Shown here one piece after another: positions 30,993-41,224 of a stretch of DNA of 64,000 nt. Positions within the stretch are counted from its first letter, which is position 1; the number at the start of each line of letters is the position of its first letter. This DNA is from Candidatus Poribacteria bacterium (GTDB lineage: Bacteria > Poribacteria > WGA-4E > WGA-3G). A model generated the notes under the pieces. That model saw nothing but the letters and a program-made list of their open reading frames with translations, had not been told where the DNA came from and searched no databases. Made by a program: the position numbers and the translations under genes. The stretch lies in contig CBDANF010000003.1 of the NCBI GenBank assembly GCA_965197475.1, forward strand, positions 3,808,001 to 3,872,000, read 5' to 3'.

Positions 30993-32612
30993 ATGACAAG
31001 CCAGCAAAAACGCCCCATCGTTCTCATCATTCGAGACGGTTGGGGCAATAATCCGTATCCTGAATTTCAGGAAGCCAACGCTATTCATCTCGCAAAAACG
31101 CCTGTAGATGACTGGTTGCGGCAGAACTATCCACATGTCCTAATTCACACCTCTGGCAAAAATGTCGGTTTACCACCAGGTGTCATCGGCAACAGTGAAG
31201 TCGGACATCAGAATATCGGCGCAGGACGTATTGTCAATCAGGAACTCCTACGCATCAGTAATATGATTCGTTCCGGTGAATTCTCCCGGAACGAAGTGCT
31301 TTTGGAAACAATTGCACATGTCAAAACCAACCGAACAAACTTACATCTGATGGGGTTAGCAAGCGATGCAGGCGTTCACAGTTCGCTTGAACACCTCTAC
31401 GGATTGCTCTCCCTCGCGAAAAACAACGGATTAGAAACTAATCAAGTCTTCATTCACAACTTCAGTGATGGACGCGATTGCCAACCCGACCTCGGCATTC
31501 AGCTTTGCGAACAGATTAAGGCGAAACTAAAAGAGCTCAGCATTGGGCGGATAGCCTCGGTTATCGGTCGCTACTATGCGATGGATCGAGATGACCGATG
31601 GGAACGAGTAGAGATAGCATATCGTCTATTAACCGAAGGTGTTGGTTCGCGCGTTCCGGATGCTGAAGAAGCATATAGTGATTACTACAAGAATCCTGAT
31701 GATGCCAATCGTAAGGGAGACGAATTTATCAGACCAACTGTAGTTGTTGATAATAAAGGTAAACCATTGCCGCGAATTGCAGATGGAGATGCTGTTATTT
31801 TCTATAACTTCCGAGGGGACCGACCCCGGGAACTCACCAAAGCTTTCTGCCTTGATACATTTCCATATCAAGCAGAAGGAAAAGACGGTGTCACGCGAGA
31901 AATGGGTTTTAAACGGAATTGCAAAATGAGCGTTAAATTTGTTACGATGACTGAATATGAACAGGGAATGCCTGTTGAAGCAGCTGCCAAAAAACCGCCT
32001 AAAATGCGTAATACGCTCGGTGCTTACGTCAGTGAGACAGGTCTAACGCAGTTCCGGTGTGCCGAAACGGAGAAGTTTCCACATGTTACCTTCTTTTTCA
32101 ATGATTACCGAGATGAGCCAGACAAAGGTGAAGAACGTCAAATCATAGCTTCTCCACGCGAGGTTACTACCTACGATCAGAAGCCTGAGATGTCAGCTCC
32201 CGGTGTTACAGATGAGATGTTGCGCCGAATTGCTTCTGACAAATATGATCTGATGGTTTTAAACTACGCCAACGGCGACATGGTAGGACATACCGGTTCA
32301 CTCTCTGCTGCTATCAAGGCTGTAGAGACGGTAGATATAGGTGTAGGAAAGATCGTTAATGCTGTTCTAAAAAAAGGTGGTGCACTCATCGTCACAGCAG
32401 ATCACGGCAACTGTGAGCAGATGATTGACCCAGAGACCGGCGGTATTCATACGGCACACACCACGTATGATGTTGATCTAATTGTTGTTGATGACCGATA
32501 CAGCGGATATAAACTGCGGACAGGGGGACGGCTTGCCGACATTGCACCGACCGTACTTCGTCTCCTCGGTTTACCACAACCTTCTGAAATGACAGGTGAA
32601 TCCCTGATCTAA
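30993..32612 (+). CDS. gpmI: 2,3-BPG-independent phosphoglycerate mutase
   Basis: DGWG, GNSEVGH, GRYYAMDRD, AETEK, DMVGHTG, TADHGN. Confidence 0.95.
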   Translation: MTSQQKRPIVLIIRDGWGNNPYPEFQEANAIHLAKTPVDDWLRQNYPHVLIHTSGKNVGLPPGVIGNSEVGHQNIGAGRIVNQELLRISNMIRSGEFSRNEVLLETIAHVKTNRTNLHLMGLASDAGVHSSLEHLYGLLSLAKNNGLETNQVFIHNFSDGRDCQPDLGIQLCEQIKAKLKELSIGRIASVIGRYYAMDRDDRWERVEIAYRLLTEGVGSRVPDAEEAYSDYYKNPDDANRKGDEFIRPTVVVDNKGKPLPRIADGDAVIFYNFRGDRPRELTKAFCLDTFPYQAEGKDGVTREMGFKRNCKMSVKFVTMTEYEQGMPVEAAAKKPPKMRNTLGAYVSETGLTQFRCAETEKFPHVTFFFNDYRDEPDKGEERQIIASPREVTTYDQKPEMSAPGVTDEMLRRIASDKYDLMVLNYANGDMVGHTGSLSAAIKAVETVDIGVGKIVNAVLKKGGALIVTADHGNCEQMIDPETGGIHTAHTTYDVDLIVVDDRYSGYKLRTGGRLADIAPTVLRLLGLPQPSEMTGESLI

Positions 32613-32682
32613 TTGTGTCTACCAAATTTGTGAAAAACTAATACAATTTCTCGTTGCTATAAATTACTAAGGAGATTTTGGC

Positions 32683-33684
32683 ATGTCCATATTGATAGAC
32701 CAAAACCAGCAAGTTCGCAACGATTTTAGGCTATTTGCCGGACGCGCGAACCCGGCTTTGGCAAAAGAGATCGCCGCGATTATAGGCGTTGAACTGGGTA
32801 AAATTACAATCGGTCCATTTCCTAACAGCGAAACAAAAGTACAACTTGAAGAAAGTGTTCGGGGAACAGACATCTATCACATTCAACCTACGTGTGAACC
32901 CGCTAACGAAAACCTGATGGAACTTCTCCTCACGATTGATGCGATGAAACGCGCATCGGCACGGCAGATCACCGCAATTATTCCATACTTCGGGTATGCC
33001 CGTCAAGATCATAAAACGACAGGGCGCGAACCAATTAGCGCGAAGCTTGTAGCAAATCTAATAACCACTGCAGGTGCAAGTCGTGTCATGGCGATCGATT
33101 TACACGTCCCACAGATCCAAGGTTTCTTTGATATTCCGATGGATCATCTCACTGCCCTAACAACTTTGGCAAATTATTTCCGTGAAAAACAGATTGAAAA
33201 CGGCGTGATTGTTGCACCTGATGTTGGGCGTGCAAAGCTTGCAGAAAAATACGCCAAAATTCTTCGTCTCCCATTAGCCATTATGCATAAGCGGCGGAAC
33301 GGTGCTGATGGACAAGATGTCGAATTCGTTGAACTTGTTGGTGACGTGAAGGGTAAAACCCCGATTGTTATTGATGATGAAATTGCAACGGGAGGTAGTA
33401 TTTACGAGCAAGCACAAGCGTTGGCAGCAGCGGGCGCAAAACCTGCTTATGTCAGCATCGCACATGCAGTGCTCGTTGGTCCCGCATTGGAACGACTCAG
33501 TCATCCTTCAATTCGTGAAGTGGTCACCACAGATACAATTCCTGTCCCAGCTGAAAAGCAACTTGATGGGAAAATCAAAGTGCTTTCCATTGCCCCACTT
33601 CTCGCTGAAGCCATTCTCAGAGTTCACCAACACAGATCCGTGAGTCAAGTTTTCAGAGATCAACATCTCGATTTTCCGGTGTAA
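32683..33684 (+). CDS. prs: Ribose-phosphate pyrophosphokinase
   Basis: PYFGYARQD, DLHVPQIQGFF, APDVG, IDDEIATGGS. Confidence 0.95.
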   Translation: MSILIDQNQQVRNDFRLFAGRANPALAKEIAAIIGVELGKITIGPFPNSETKVQLEESVRGTDIYHIQPTCEPANENLMELLLTIDAMKRASARQITAIIPYFGYARQDHKTTGREPISAKLVANLITTAGASRVMAIDLHVPQIQGFFDIPMDHLTALTTLANYFREKQIENGVIVAPDVGRAKLAEKYAKILRLPLAIMHKRRNGADGQDVEFVELVGDVKGKTPIVIDDEIATGGSIYEQAQALAAAGAKPAYVSIAHAVLVGPALERLSHPSIREVVTTDTIPVPAEKQLDGKIKVLSIAPLLAEAILRVHQHRSVSQVFRDQHLDFPV

Positions 33685-33715
33685 TCAAAGAAATCGCTCC
33701 TACTGATAAAAACAG

Positions 33716-34828
33716 ATGATTCATATACTTTACCTTAGTCATTGTGGATCAAACGTCGGTGGGGGCGAAAAACAACTTTTTTACCTTGTTACACATCTGG
33801 ACAGAAAACGTTATCAACCGATCATTGTCTGTCCAGACGACGGTATATTCACTGAACAATTAAGGGAAGCGAATATCCTCACCACTGTTCTCAATCTTCC
33901 CCCATGGCGTCGAGTTATATCTCGTTTTACTCGCCACACCGCTGCTGCTAAGTTAACCGACCTCGCAATAAAGCACAATATACAATTAGTCCATACCTCC
34001 GATTCGTGGCTCAACTCGTATATGTTGCAAGTTAAAAATCAACTGAACATTCCTGTTATTTCGCATGTGCGGAATCTTTTAACACCTGCACAAGTTGCAA
34101 AGTATGAATTTGATCGTGTCAATCGCATCATTGCGATCTCTGAACAGAGTAAAACTCCACTTATTCAAGCAAGTATTTCTTCTGAAAAAATTGATGTTAT
34201 CTTAAACTGTGTTGATCTTTCCGTTTTTCAACCTGATCCTATAGATAATAAACAATCGGAACCTTTTGTGGTCGGGATAGTAGGTAGGATTGAACCCTTT
34301 AAACGCCAAAAAACTTTTGTTGAGATAGCATCTCAGGTTGTCAAGCAGTGCCAAAACGTTCGATTTCACATCATTGGTGCTGCGCTTGATACACCTGAGC
34401 ATCGCGCTTATGATAAAGAGGTTCGTCAATTGGTATCCCAATATAAGTTAGAAGAGGTGATACATTTCACGGGACATCGTAACGACATGCCCTGCGCAAT
34501 GCGAGAACTTGACCTATTGGTTACATTATCAGCTGGGAGTGTCATCGCTGAAGCGATGGCATCGGGTAAACCTGCCATCGGCACGCCAATCGGTAGCACC
34601 TCTGAAATGATTGTAGACAGTGTAACAGGATATGTTATACCTTTAGACTCAATTGAGGCAATCGCAGATAGGATTGTTCAACTTGCTGGAAATCCTGCGC
34701 GCTGTGTTCAGATGGGTGCTGCAGCCAGAAAACATGCAGAGAATGTTTTCTGCGTTGAAAAGCATGTCCAAAAGGTGCAGAACATATATGAAAAACTAAT
34801 TGAAACTAATAATGAGAATAGTGTATAA
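33716..34828 (+). CDS. GT4 glycosyltransferase
   Basis: GGGEKQ, VGRIEPFKRQ, EAMASGKP. Confidence 0.9.
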   Translation: MIHILYLSHCGSNVGGGEKQLFYLVTHLDRKRYQPIIVCPDDGIFTEQLREANILTTVLNLPPWRRVISRFTRHTAAAKLTDLAIKHNIQLVHTSDSWLNSYMLQVKNQLNIPVISHVRNLLTPAQVAKYEFDRVNRIIAISEQSKTPLIQASISSEKIDVILNCVDLSVFQPDPIDNKQSEPFVVGIVGRIEPFKRQKTFVEIASQVVKQCQNVRFHIIGAALDTPEHRAYDKEVRQLVSQYKLEEVIHFTGHRNDMPCAMRELDLLVTLSAGSVIAEAMASGKPAIGTPIGSTSEMIVDSVTGYVIPLDSIEAIADRIVQLAGNPARCVQMGAAARKHAENVFCVEKHVQKVQNIYEKLIETNNENSV

Positions 34829-34857
34829 TTATGTCATAATATCATGGAGGGATAGAA

Positions 34858-35280
34858 ATGCCAACACTTGAAGTTACTAATATCAAAGCTACTAATATCG
34901 CAGAAGTTGATGAAGCCCTGAAGCATTTTGATCATTTTCATGATGATTACGTTGCGGGGATCGAAATTAAGTTTGAAAATTACAAAGGCTTAGATGAGAA
35001 TGGCGAGGCTACAGGAATCGGAAGTGCTGATAAGACAATTATTCTCACGATCAACTACTACCCTTATGGAAAAGAACATGAACAGTTCGTTTGTGTCGAA
35101 TTTAAGGGTGTCAAATCATTTGAAATATCATCGGCACTGCAGGATTATGGACCAACATGGGGAATTGATTCCGTATTGACTCAATCTGAAGGAATAGATA
35201 TAAAATGGGAATTTTATTGGATATGTGGTGAGACGAAGTTTATAGTCGTTTGCACAGAAATAGTTTTTTCTACCCAATAA
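34858..35280 (+). CDS. Hypothetical protein
   Basis: GGAGG RBS; 140-aa acidic beta-rich ORF with an FHD motif. Confidence 0.6.
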   Translation: MPTLEVTNIKATNIAEVDEALKHFDHFHDDYVAGIEIKFENYKGLDENGEATGIGSADKTIILTINYYPYGKEHEQFVCVEFKGVKSFEISSALQDYGPTWGIDSVLTQSEGIDIKWEFYWICGETKFIVVCTEIVFSTQ

Positions 35281-35403
35281 AACCTCATTTATGATTTTAA
35301 TAGAACCCGACGCGAATAATTAGAGGAAATGAGCAGCCCCGCATTGCGGAAGAAATTTTCCAGGAACTTGCGTAGAATAGCAACATCACATCAAGGAGAC
35401 GAC

Positions 35404-36267
35404 ATGATGCTTACACAGGCACAACTTGATTTTTATGAAAAAAATGGCTATCTCGGTGTTGAGGCTGTGTTAACCGATGCGGAGGTAGCAGCACTTCGTC
35501 GTGTTACCGATGAATTTGTTGAAAAATCGAGAGAAGCCACAGAACATAACGACATTTTCGATCTTGAACCTGGACACTCCGCTGCAAACCCACGCGTACG
35601 CCGTATCAAAAATCCATGTCTATACCATACAGTCTATGACCAGACCTTACGCCATCCTAATATCCTTGGCATTGTTGCCCAGCTCATCGGAGATGGGATT
35701 CGGTATAACGGACACAAACTCAATATGAAATACCCTGAATTTGGTAGTCCCGTTGAATGGCATCAGGATTGGGCGTTTTACCCACACACGAATGACGACC
35801 TGCTTGCAGTTGGCGTAGTTATTGACGACATGACTGTAGAAAATGGAGCACTGATGATACTTCCGGGTTCCCACAAAGGACCAACCCTGAATCATCACCA
35901 AAACGGTGCTTTTATTGGTGCTGTTACCGACCTCGATTTCACGCCAGATGGTGCTGTGCCTATTGAGTTGAAAGCAGGTGGAATTACGATCCATCACGTT
36001 CGAGCCTTACACGGATCTGCGCCAAACACCTCTGACAAACCTCGCCGCTTGATGCTTTTCCAGTATTGTGCTGTGGATGCTTGGCCGCTGAAAGGCATTC
36101 CAGATTGGGATACATTCAACGACTTCATTATTCAAGGTGAACCCACAAACCAACCGCGTATTGTCCCTACGCCAGTACGTATGCCCGAACCTTATTCCGA
36201 AAAGAAGGGTTCAATCTATGAAGTTCAATCTCTCCTTGAAAACCCAATTTATGCGAAAGAGCAGTAG
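35404..36267 (+). CDS. PhyH-family 2OG/Fe(II) dioxygenase
   Basis: WHQD, ENGAL..LPGSH, HGSAPN...PRR; AGGAG RBS before ATG 35404. Confidence 0.9.
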   Translation: MMLTQAQLDFYEKNGYLGVEAVLTDAEVAALRRVTDEFVEKSREATEHNDIFDLEPGHSAANPRVRRIKNPCLYHTVYDQTLRHPNILGIVAQLIGDGIRYNGHKLNMKYPEFGSPVEWHQDWAFYPHTNDDLLAVGVVIDDMTVENGALMILPGSHKGPTLNHHQNGAFIGAVTDLDFTPDGAVPIELKAGGITIHHVRALHGSAPNTSDKPRRLMLFQYCAVDAWPLKGIPDWDTFNDFIIQGEPTNQPRIVPTPVRMPEPYSEKKGSIYEVQSLLENPIYAKEQ

Positions 36268-36469
36268 TTAGATTAAGGTTTCCCAAAAACCCACGTAATC
36301 CATAATTCAGATAACATACATCCCATAAAATACAGATGCGTTTTTAGCTGACATCTCTTAGATCCACTACGTCCCGACTAATCTAAATCTATTACGTTCC
36401 AATAGCTATAGTCAAATCTAAATAGTATACAGAGTGTGTCAAATTAAGAAATTTTGTTGCGTAAATTTA

Positions 36470-36535
36470 ATTTTAACGTTAAAATATAAACAAACTAAAC
36501 TAAACATTACTTTTGTTTTAACGTTAAAATATAAA
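36470..36535. promoter_or_regulatory. Tandem palindromic operator-like sites
   Basis: ttttaacgttaaaatataaa at 36471-36490 and 36516-36535, each containing the perfect palindrome TTTTAACGTTAAAA. Confidence 0.6.
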
Positions 36536-36559
36536 TAGGTAACAGTATTTCTAAAGAGG

Positions 36560-37186
36560 ATGCAGATCGTGCTGTATTTGGACACATTCGAAAACCGAAC
36601 AACAAATGACACGCATAATAAGTTCCTTATCTGCCATCAAAAAGTGGAAGGTATCAGAGCAATACCTGAACTCACACCTTCTGTGTCTTTGTTGGAAAAA
36701 TGGGAGTCGCGTGTTATTGGATGGGATGAGTTTCAGCAAAGGTTCAAAGCTGAATTGCGCCAGGAATACGGAAAAGGTGATATTAGTCTGCTCAAAAGGC
36801 TCGCGAATTATTGCATCCGAAACGAAGTGACGCTTTATTCTCCTGAACCTCCCGGTGAACAAACATATCGCGCCATCCTGGCAGAGGTTTTTAACAAAAT
36901 ATGGGCACGATTTGGAGAGAAAAAACGTGCAATAGACCTTGCCGCTAAATCTTGGTTGAATAACATCGTTTTCCAAACACATCTAAACGAGATGGGTGAA
37001 ATAGCGAACAGATGCGCGCATTTTCAACCTATTCCTGAAACTCGCCTTTTTTACTCTTGTCTACTTTGTGAACATTTAGATGCGCGCATTTATGCATGCA
37101 AAAAATTGGGGAAGCCAGTTATTAACTATAGATGGAGTTCGGAATGCTATTCCAAAAATTCGGCAATAATAGGTGGGACTAAATGA
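36560..37186 (+). CDS. DUF488/YeaO-like protein with C-terminal Cys cluster
   Basis: LTPSVSLL...WDEFQQRFKAEL, VTLY.PE....TYR.IL; C-terminal C...CxxC...C. Confidence 0.55.
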   Translation: MQIVLYLDTFENRTTNDTHNKFLICHQKVEGIRAIPELTPSVSLLEKWESRVIGWDEFQQRFKAELRQEYGKGDISLLKRLANYCIRNEVTLYSPEPPGEQTYRAILAEVFNKIWARFGEKKRAIDLAAKSWLNNIVFQTHLNEMGEIANRCAHFQPIPETRLFYSCLLCEHLDARIYACKKLGKPVINYRWSSECYSKNSAIIGGTK

Positions 37187-37878
37187 GAGATGATATCTCC
37201 CTCCGCTATTCGCTGACGCACCTCAGTGGAGGAAACTTCTGCATAGAAATCTGGAAGTATTAGGTGTGCCACAGATAAACTGTACGGTTGAAGTTTGGGT
37301 TGAGCAAGGAATTGTTTTATCGTTTCTATGTCCACATGGTCACGATTTGCCACAATGAAACGGCACTGCGAAAAAAGATGCTGTAATTCTGCATGCACAT
37401 CCGCGTAGTATTTCGGATCAAAAATCCGTACCAGCGTATCGTAACCAATAATAAAATGATACTCAGTTTCGGCAGGATACACCGCTTTTAGAGCCGTGAC
37501 TTTGTCAATGTATCGACCATGACTGGATATACCAACTGAAACATCGTTTTGATTTTCCGCATAACGTTTGAGTGTCAGAATTCTGCCAGCTAACGGCCAC
37601 CCAAATATGTCTTTATCAACGTTTGCCTTAGCAAGAAGCAAAAGCAGTTCATCAAGTTGAAAACGCTCGCGTGCTTCCTCAACCATTTTGATGTGCGCTA
37701 CAGTAAGCGGATTAAAAGAACCGGAAAAGATACCGAGTTTTTTACCTGATTCACAAATGGGATCAGATGTTCGATGTACAATTACTACCTGTGGTGGTGC
37801 GTTCGGATCCAATTCACTGATAAGCTGGGAATACTTTTCATATTCTGGGTAGGTTCGAAACTTATCAAGGGCTTTCAT
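37147..37878 (-). CDS. Nucleotidyltransferase, NadD/NMNAT (Pof1-like)
   Basis: GSFNPLTVAH, NVDK, GYDTLVRIFDPKYY, VSSTEVR. Confidence 0.8.
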   Translation of the reverse strand: MKALDKFRTYPEYEKYSQLISELDPNAPPQVVIVHRTSDPICESGKKLGIFSGSFNPLTVAHIKMVEEARERFQLDELLLLLAKANVDKDIFGWPLAGRILTLKRYAENQNDVSVGISSHGRYIDKVTALKAVYPAETEYHFIIGYDTLVRIFDPKYYADVHAELQHLFSQCRFIVANRDHVDIETIKQFLAQPKLQPYSLSVAHLILPDFYAEVSSTEVRQRIAEGDIISHLVPPIIAEFLE

Positions 37879-38657
37879 GGTTCATCTTTTTTGACATCTT
37901 CCCAAATTTCGTCAAGTTCTGCAAGTGTTTGCCCGGCAAAGGTTTTTCCCTGTTTTTCAAGTTCTGCTTCCATTCGTTTAAAACGCGCGATAAACTTACG
38001 GTTTGATTTTCGCAACGTCTCTTCGGCTTGGAGATCCACAAAACGACACAAATTTACAACAGCAAACAGAAGATCCCCGATTTCCATCTCAACTGCGTCA
38101 GGGTGATTTTCGTTCAGGCTTTCCTTGACCTCTGCTAACTCTTCGTCCACCTTCGCAAGCACATCAGCGATGTTATCCCAATCAAAACCGACTCGCGCTG
38201 CCCGTTTCTGTATTTTCTGACTACGCAGCAAAGCAGGAAGCGCATTCGGAATACCATCAAGCACAGATTTTCGATCTTCGTAACCAGTCTCTTGGCGTTT
38301 AATGGCTTCCCAGTTTTTAACGACTTCTTCAGCGTTATCCACATGAACATCGCCAAACACATGCGGGTGTCTTCGAATTAATTTTTCTGTTAACGAGTCA
38401 ATCACATCGTAGATGTCAAAATCTCGGTTTTCTGCAGCGATCTGTGCTTGGAGCATGATGTTCAGCAAGAGATCACCAAGTTCCTCTTTTAATTTTCCTG
38501 GATCGCCAGAATCAATTGCTTCAACTGTCTCATAAGTTTCCTCAATCAGCGTGGGTTTTAGCGATGCATGCGTCTGTTCCCGATCCCAGGGGCACCCGTT
38601 TTCACCTCTTAATGTCGCTATAACTTCGACGAGTGATTCAAATAGTTCTCTCTGCAT
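37875..38657 (-). CDS. mazG: Nucleoside triphosphate pyrophosphohydrolase
   Basis: GCPWDREQT, EELGDLL, RRHPHVF, GFDW, EIGDLLF. Confidence 0.95.
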   Translation of the reverse strand: MQRELFESLVEVIATLRGENGCPWDREQTHASLKPTLIEETYETVEAIDSGDPGKLKEELGDLLLNIMLQAQIAAENRDFDIYDVIDSLTEKLIRRHPHVFGDVHVDNAEEVVKNWEAIKRQETGYEDRKSVLDGIPNALPALLRSQKIQKRAARVGFDWDNIADVLAKVDEELAEVKESLNENHPDAVEMEIGDLLFAVVNLCRFVDLQAEETLRKSNRKFIARFKRMEAELEKQGKTFAGQTLAELDEIWEDVKKDEP

Positions 38658-38670
38658 AAAACGAATTCCT

Positions 38671-39372
38671 TTAATCAGTTTCATTTTCTTGTAGGTTTTC
38701 TAACTGGATAATCAGTTGCCCGAGTTGGAACCGTAGTAACATGGTGTAAATTTGCATCAGTAATGTTATTTGAGCTTCAGTGGTAAAATCACTAACCTGG
38801 ATGAGTTCTATAAACTTTTCTGCGCGTTCCCGAATCCTTTCAGACTGTGCCACATCAACTGGTTCTGATTGTTGTTGACTCTCTTTGATGAACTGCCAAA
38901 TCCTATCCTGAATCTCAAGCATATAATTTTTTGTCAGCGCAGTGCGTGCCTTCTTAGCAGAATCTACCCAGATAGTATTCGCCTTCCAATTTAGCATAAA
39001 AGCGATACTGTTGATAATCACATCCCGAAGCGTGTCCTCGCCAGAGAGGAGTTCTTCTAAGTTGGTTACTCCTTCTGCTTCTGCGGAGAAGGTGCGAACG
39101 CGCGTAAAATCTTTCAAGTTCGTCAGCAGCAATTCGTTTTCGGCGATTAGGTGCCAAAAACTTGCACTCGTTGAAAGCATTACCTCAACTTGATTGCTAA
39201 TCTCATCCGACAGTTGTGCACGAAGACAAAAGTTGTGGATGCTATGCAAACGACTACGAAATTGGTGCAACTCAGTTACTGACTGGAACTCAGTAAGGCT
39301 TGCAACCCGTGGCAGAAGATGTTGACGAATCTGAGTGAGTAGTTCGTCTATAGCGGTTGGTTCAGCGTTCAT
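38671..39372 (-). CDS. Hypothetical all-alpha protein
   Basis: 233-aa ORF, first gene of the operon with mazG and the nadD-like gene. Confidence 0.7.
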   Translation of the reverse strand: MNAEPTAIDELLTQIRQHLLPRVASLTEFQSVTELHQFRSRLHSIHNFCLRAQLSDEISNQVEVMLSTSASFWHLIAENELLLTNLKDFTRVRTFSAEAEGVTNLEELLSGEDTLRDVIINSIAFMLNWKANTIWVDSAKKARTALTKNYMLEIQDRIWQFIKESQQQSEPVDVAQSERIRERAEKFIELIQVSDFTTEAQITLLMQIYTMLLRFQLGQLIIQLENLQENETD

Positions 39373-39667
39373 AAGTGAAATACCTTTACAAGATAACTAT
39401 TTCAATATAATAACAAATTTTTTCGCTGATATCAACGCAAAATTAGAGGTAATGTTTTCCAGAGCCATTCAATGCTCCAGTAGTTACTATTTTCTGCTCA
39501 AGATCCCTCCTCTGTAGGAACGACCCGACAAATGCCACACGATAAGTGCCATACACGCACTTGTCGTTGATTTGACGCATTTAGCGTTGATTCACCGGTC
39601 GCGACTTTACGCCTAAAACGCACAAAAAACCGAAAACTGAATAGCTCTGAATATTTTCCGTCACTAC

Positions 39668-39697
39668 TTGACATCAATTTACCAGTTATGCTAAAAT
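39668..39697 (+). promoter_or_regulatory. Sigma70 promoter, probably leaderless transcript
   Basis: TTGACA-18 bp (with TG)-TAAAAT ending 6 nt before ATG 39704; no SD sequence. Confidence 0.5.
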
Positions 39698-39703
39698 ACA
39701 AAT

Positions 39704-40234
39704 ATGATGAAAATAGCCACATGTCTGTTCATTTGCATTATGTTAGTAGGTGTTGCAAGCTTTGCGAAGGATAAACCACCAAAAATGGGTGATGCTGCAC
39801 CGGATTTTACACTTCAAGATGCTGAGGAGAAACAGCATCATTTAAAGAAGTTACGCGGAAAACTTGTTTTTTTGATTATGGGCAATCGGAAAATTCGGAA
39901 GGAAGATGACAAATGGGCAGAAGCATTCCAAAAAGATTATAATAAAGATAAGCGAGTAACTGCTTATATTATTGGTGATTTGCGAAGTGTACCAGGATTT
40001 ATACCCAAACGGTTTATCCGGTTTCAATTGAAGAGAAAACCACCACCCGTGACGTTCCTGCTTGATTGGAAAGGGGAAGCACATCAACGTTATCATACAG
40101 AAAAGAAGAAGCCGAATCTGTATCTGATTTCATCACAAGGAAAAATCGTGTTTCATCGAAAAGCGAATTTCAAACCAGAGATTTATGTGGAACTCAAAAA
40201 ACAGATTGATGTTCTATTAACTGAAAAACCTTAA
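39704..40234 (+). CDS. Secreted redoxin-fold (AhpC/TSA-like) protein lacking catalytic Cys
   Basis: Signal peptide, GDAAPDFTLQD, LRGKLV; no CxxC. Confidence 0.7.
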   Translation: MMKIATCLFICIMLVGVASFAKDKPPKMGDAAPDFTLQDAEEKQHHLKKLRGKLVFLIMGNRKIRKEDDKWAEAFQKDYNKDKRVTAYIIGDLRSVPGFIPKRFIRFQLKRKPPPVTFLLDWKGEAHQRYHTEKKKPNLYLISSQGKIVFHRKANFKPEIYVELKKQIDVLLTEKP

Positions 40235-40288
40235 TCTGTGATTCCACATAATGGACTAAGGTATTATACGACCCAAAGGAGAGAAAAA

Positions 40289-41200
40289 ATGGATTCCAAA
40301 GCCAAAGGCGAAATCACAAAATACTTGTCCTTTCCAATGGTTCTCATAGGCAGCGGTTCATTTTTCGGTGTAATAGGATGGCTGGGATTGGCTCAAGCAG
40401 CGGGAAGCATCATATTTTTTATCGGTTCAATGCTCCTCTCATTTTCAGGTTCAATGGTGACTTTATGTGGCCTCATGAGTCTGGAAAGAGCTGCGCCAAG
40501 TCATCTGAAAGTCCGTAAATTGAAAATTGAGATTTCAAAGAATCTTAAGATTGAGTACCCATCCTATATCTTAAAAGTTGAAAAACTGAAGCAGAAATAT
40601 CGGGAACTCCATGGCAAACTTCCTGATTTTCGTGTCTATTGTGAAGAATTTAGACAGAATATAAGAAATCTACGATCAGAATTAGCGAACTTAGAAAAAC
40701 AACTTCAGAAAAATCTTAGAAACCACGCACCTGTAATTGACAACAACAGCGCGGATGGCATCGCAAAAAAGATACTCTGGTCTGAAAAGCAAATTCAACT
40801 TACTGAATTGAGTGAAACTTTAGAGAAACTCTCTGACTTTTTTACTACTGCAGACTTAGAGCGGTATCGTATTGAACTAACTTATGTAAGCGGTGGTTTG
40901 TCCAAGTTAGATCGAGGAATAGGATTTTTCCGAGAACTAATGATACTTTGCAACAAGCCGGACGCTAATTATGAAAATATCATACGCATTAAGCAGAAGG
41001 TTGATAGAACTAACAATTTAATGGCACAGCAGGAACCGAGATTGCAAGAACTTGGAACAGAAATGGAGACGAAGTGTGAAGAAGCAAAAATGGAACTATC
41101 GCTTTTTCTACAGCAGATTGATGATTTCATGGCAGATGGTGAGTGGACGCATAACCATGAGATTGTTTCTGAAGATATGCCAGAAGGTGGCGCAAGTTAG
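40289..41200 (+). CDS. Hypothetical protein, 2 TM helices plus coiled coil
   Basis: AGGAG RBS; hydrophobic hairpin followed by a heptad-rich region. Confidence 0.65.
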   Translation: MDSKAKGEITKYLSFPMVLIGSGSFFGVIGWLGLAQAAGSIIFFIGSMLLSFSGSMVTLCGLMSLERAAPSHLKVRKLKIEISKNLKIEYPSYILKVEKLKQKYRELHGKLPDFRVYCEEFRQNIRNLRSELANLEKQLQKNLRNHAPVIDNNSADGIAKKILWSEKQIQLTELSETLEKLSDFFTTADLERYRIELTYVSGGLSKLDRGIGFFRELMILCNKPDANYENIIRIKQKVDRTNNLMAQQEPRLQELGTEMETKCEEAKMELSLFLQQIDDFMADGEWTHNHEIVSEDMPEGGAS

Positions 41201-41224
41201 TTCAGATGAATTAATGAGGTTGGT

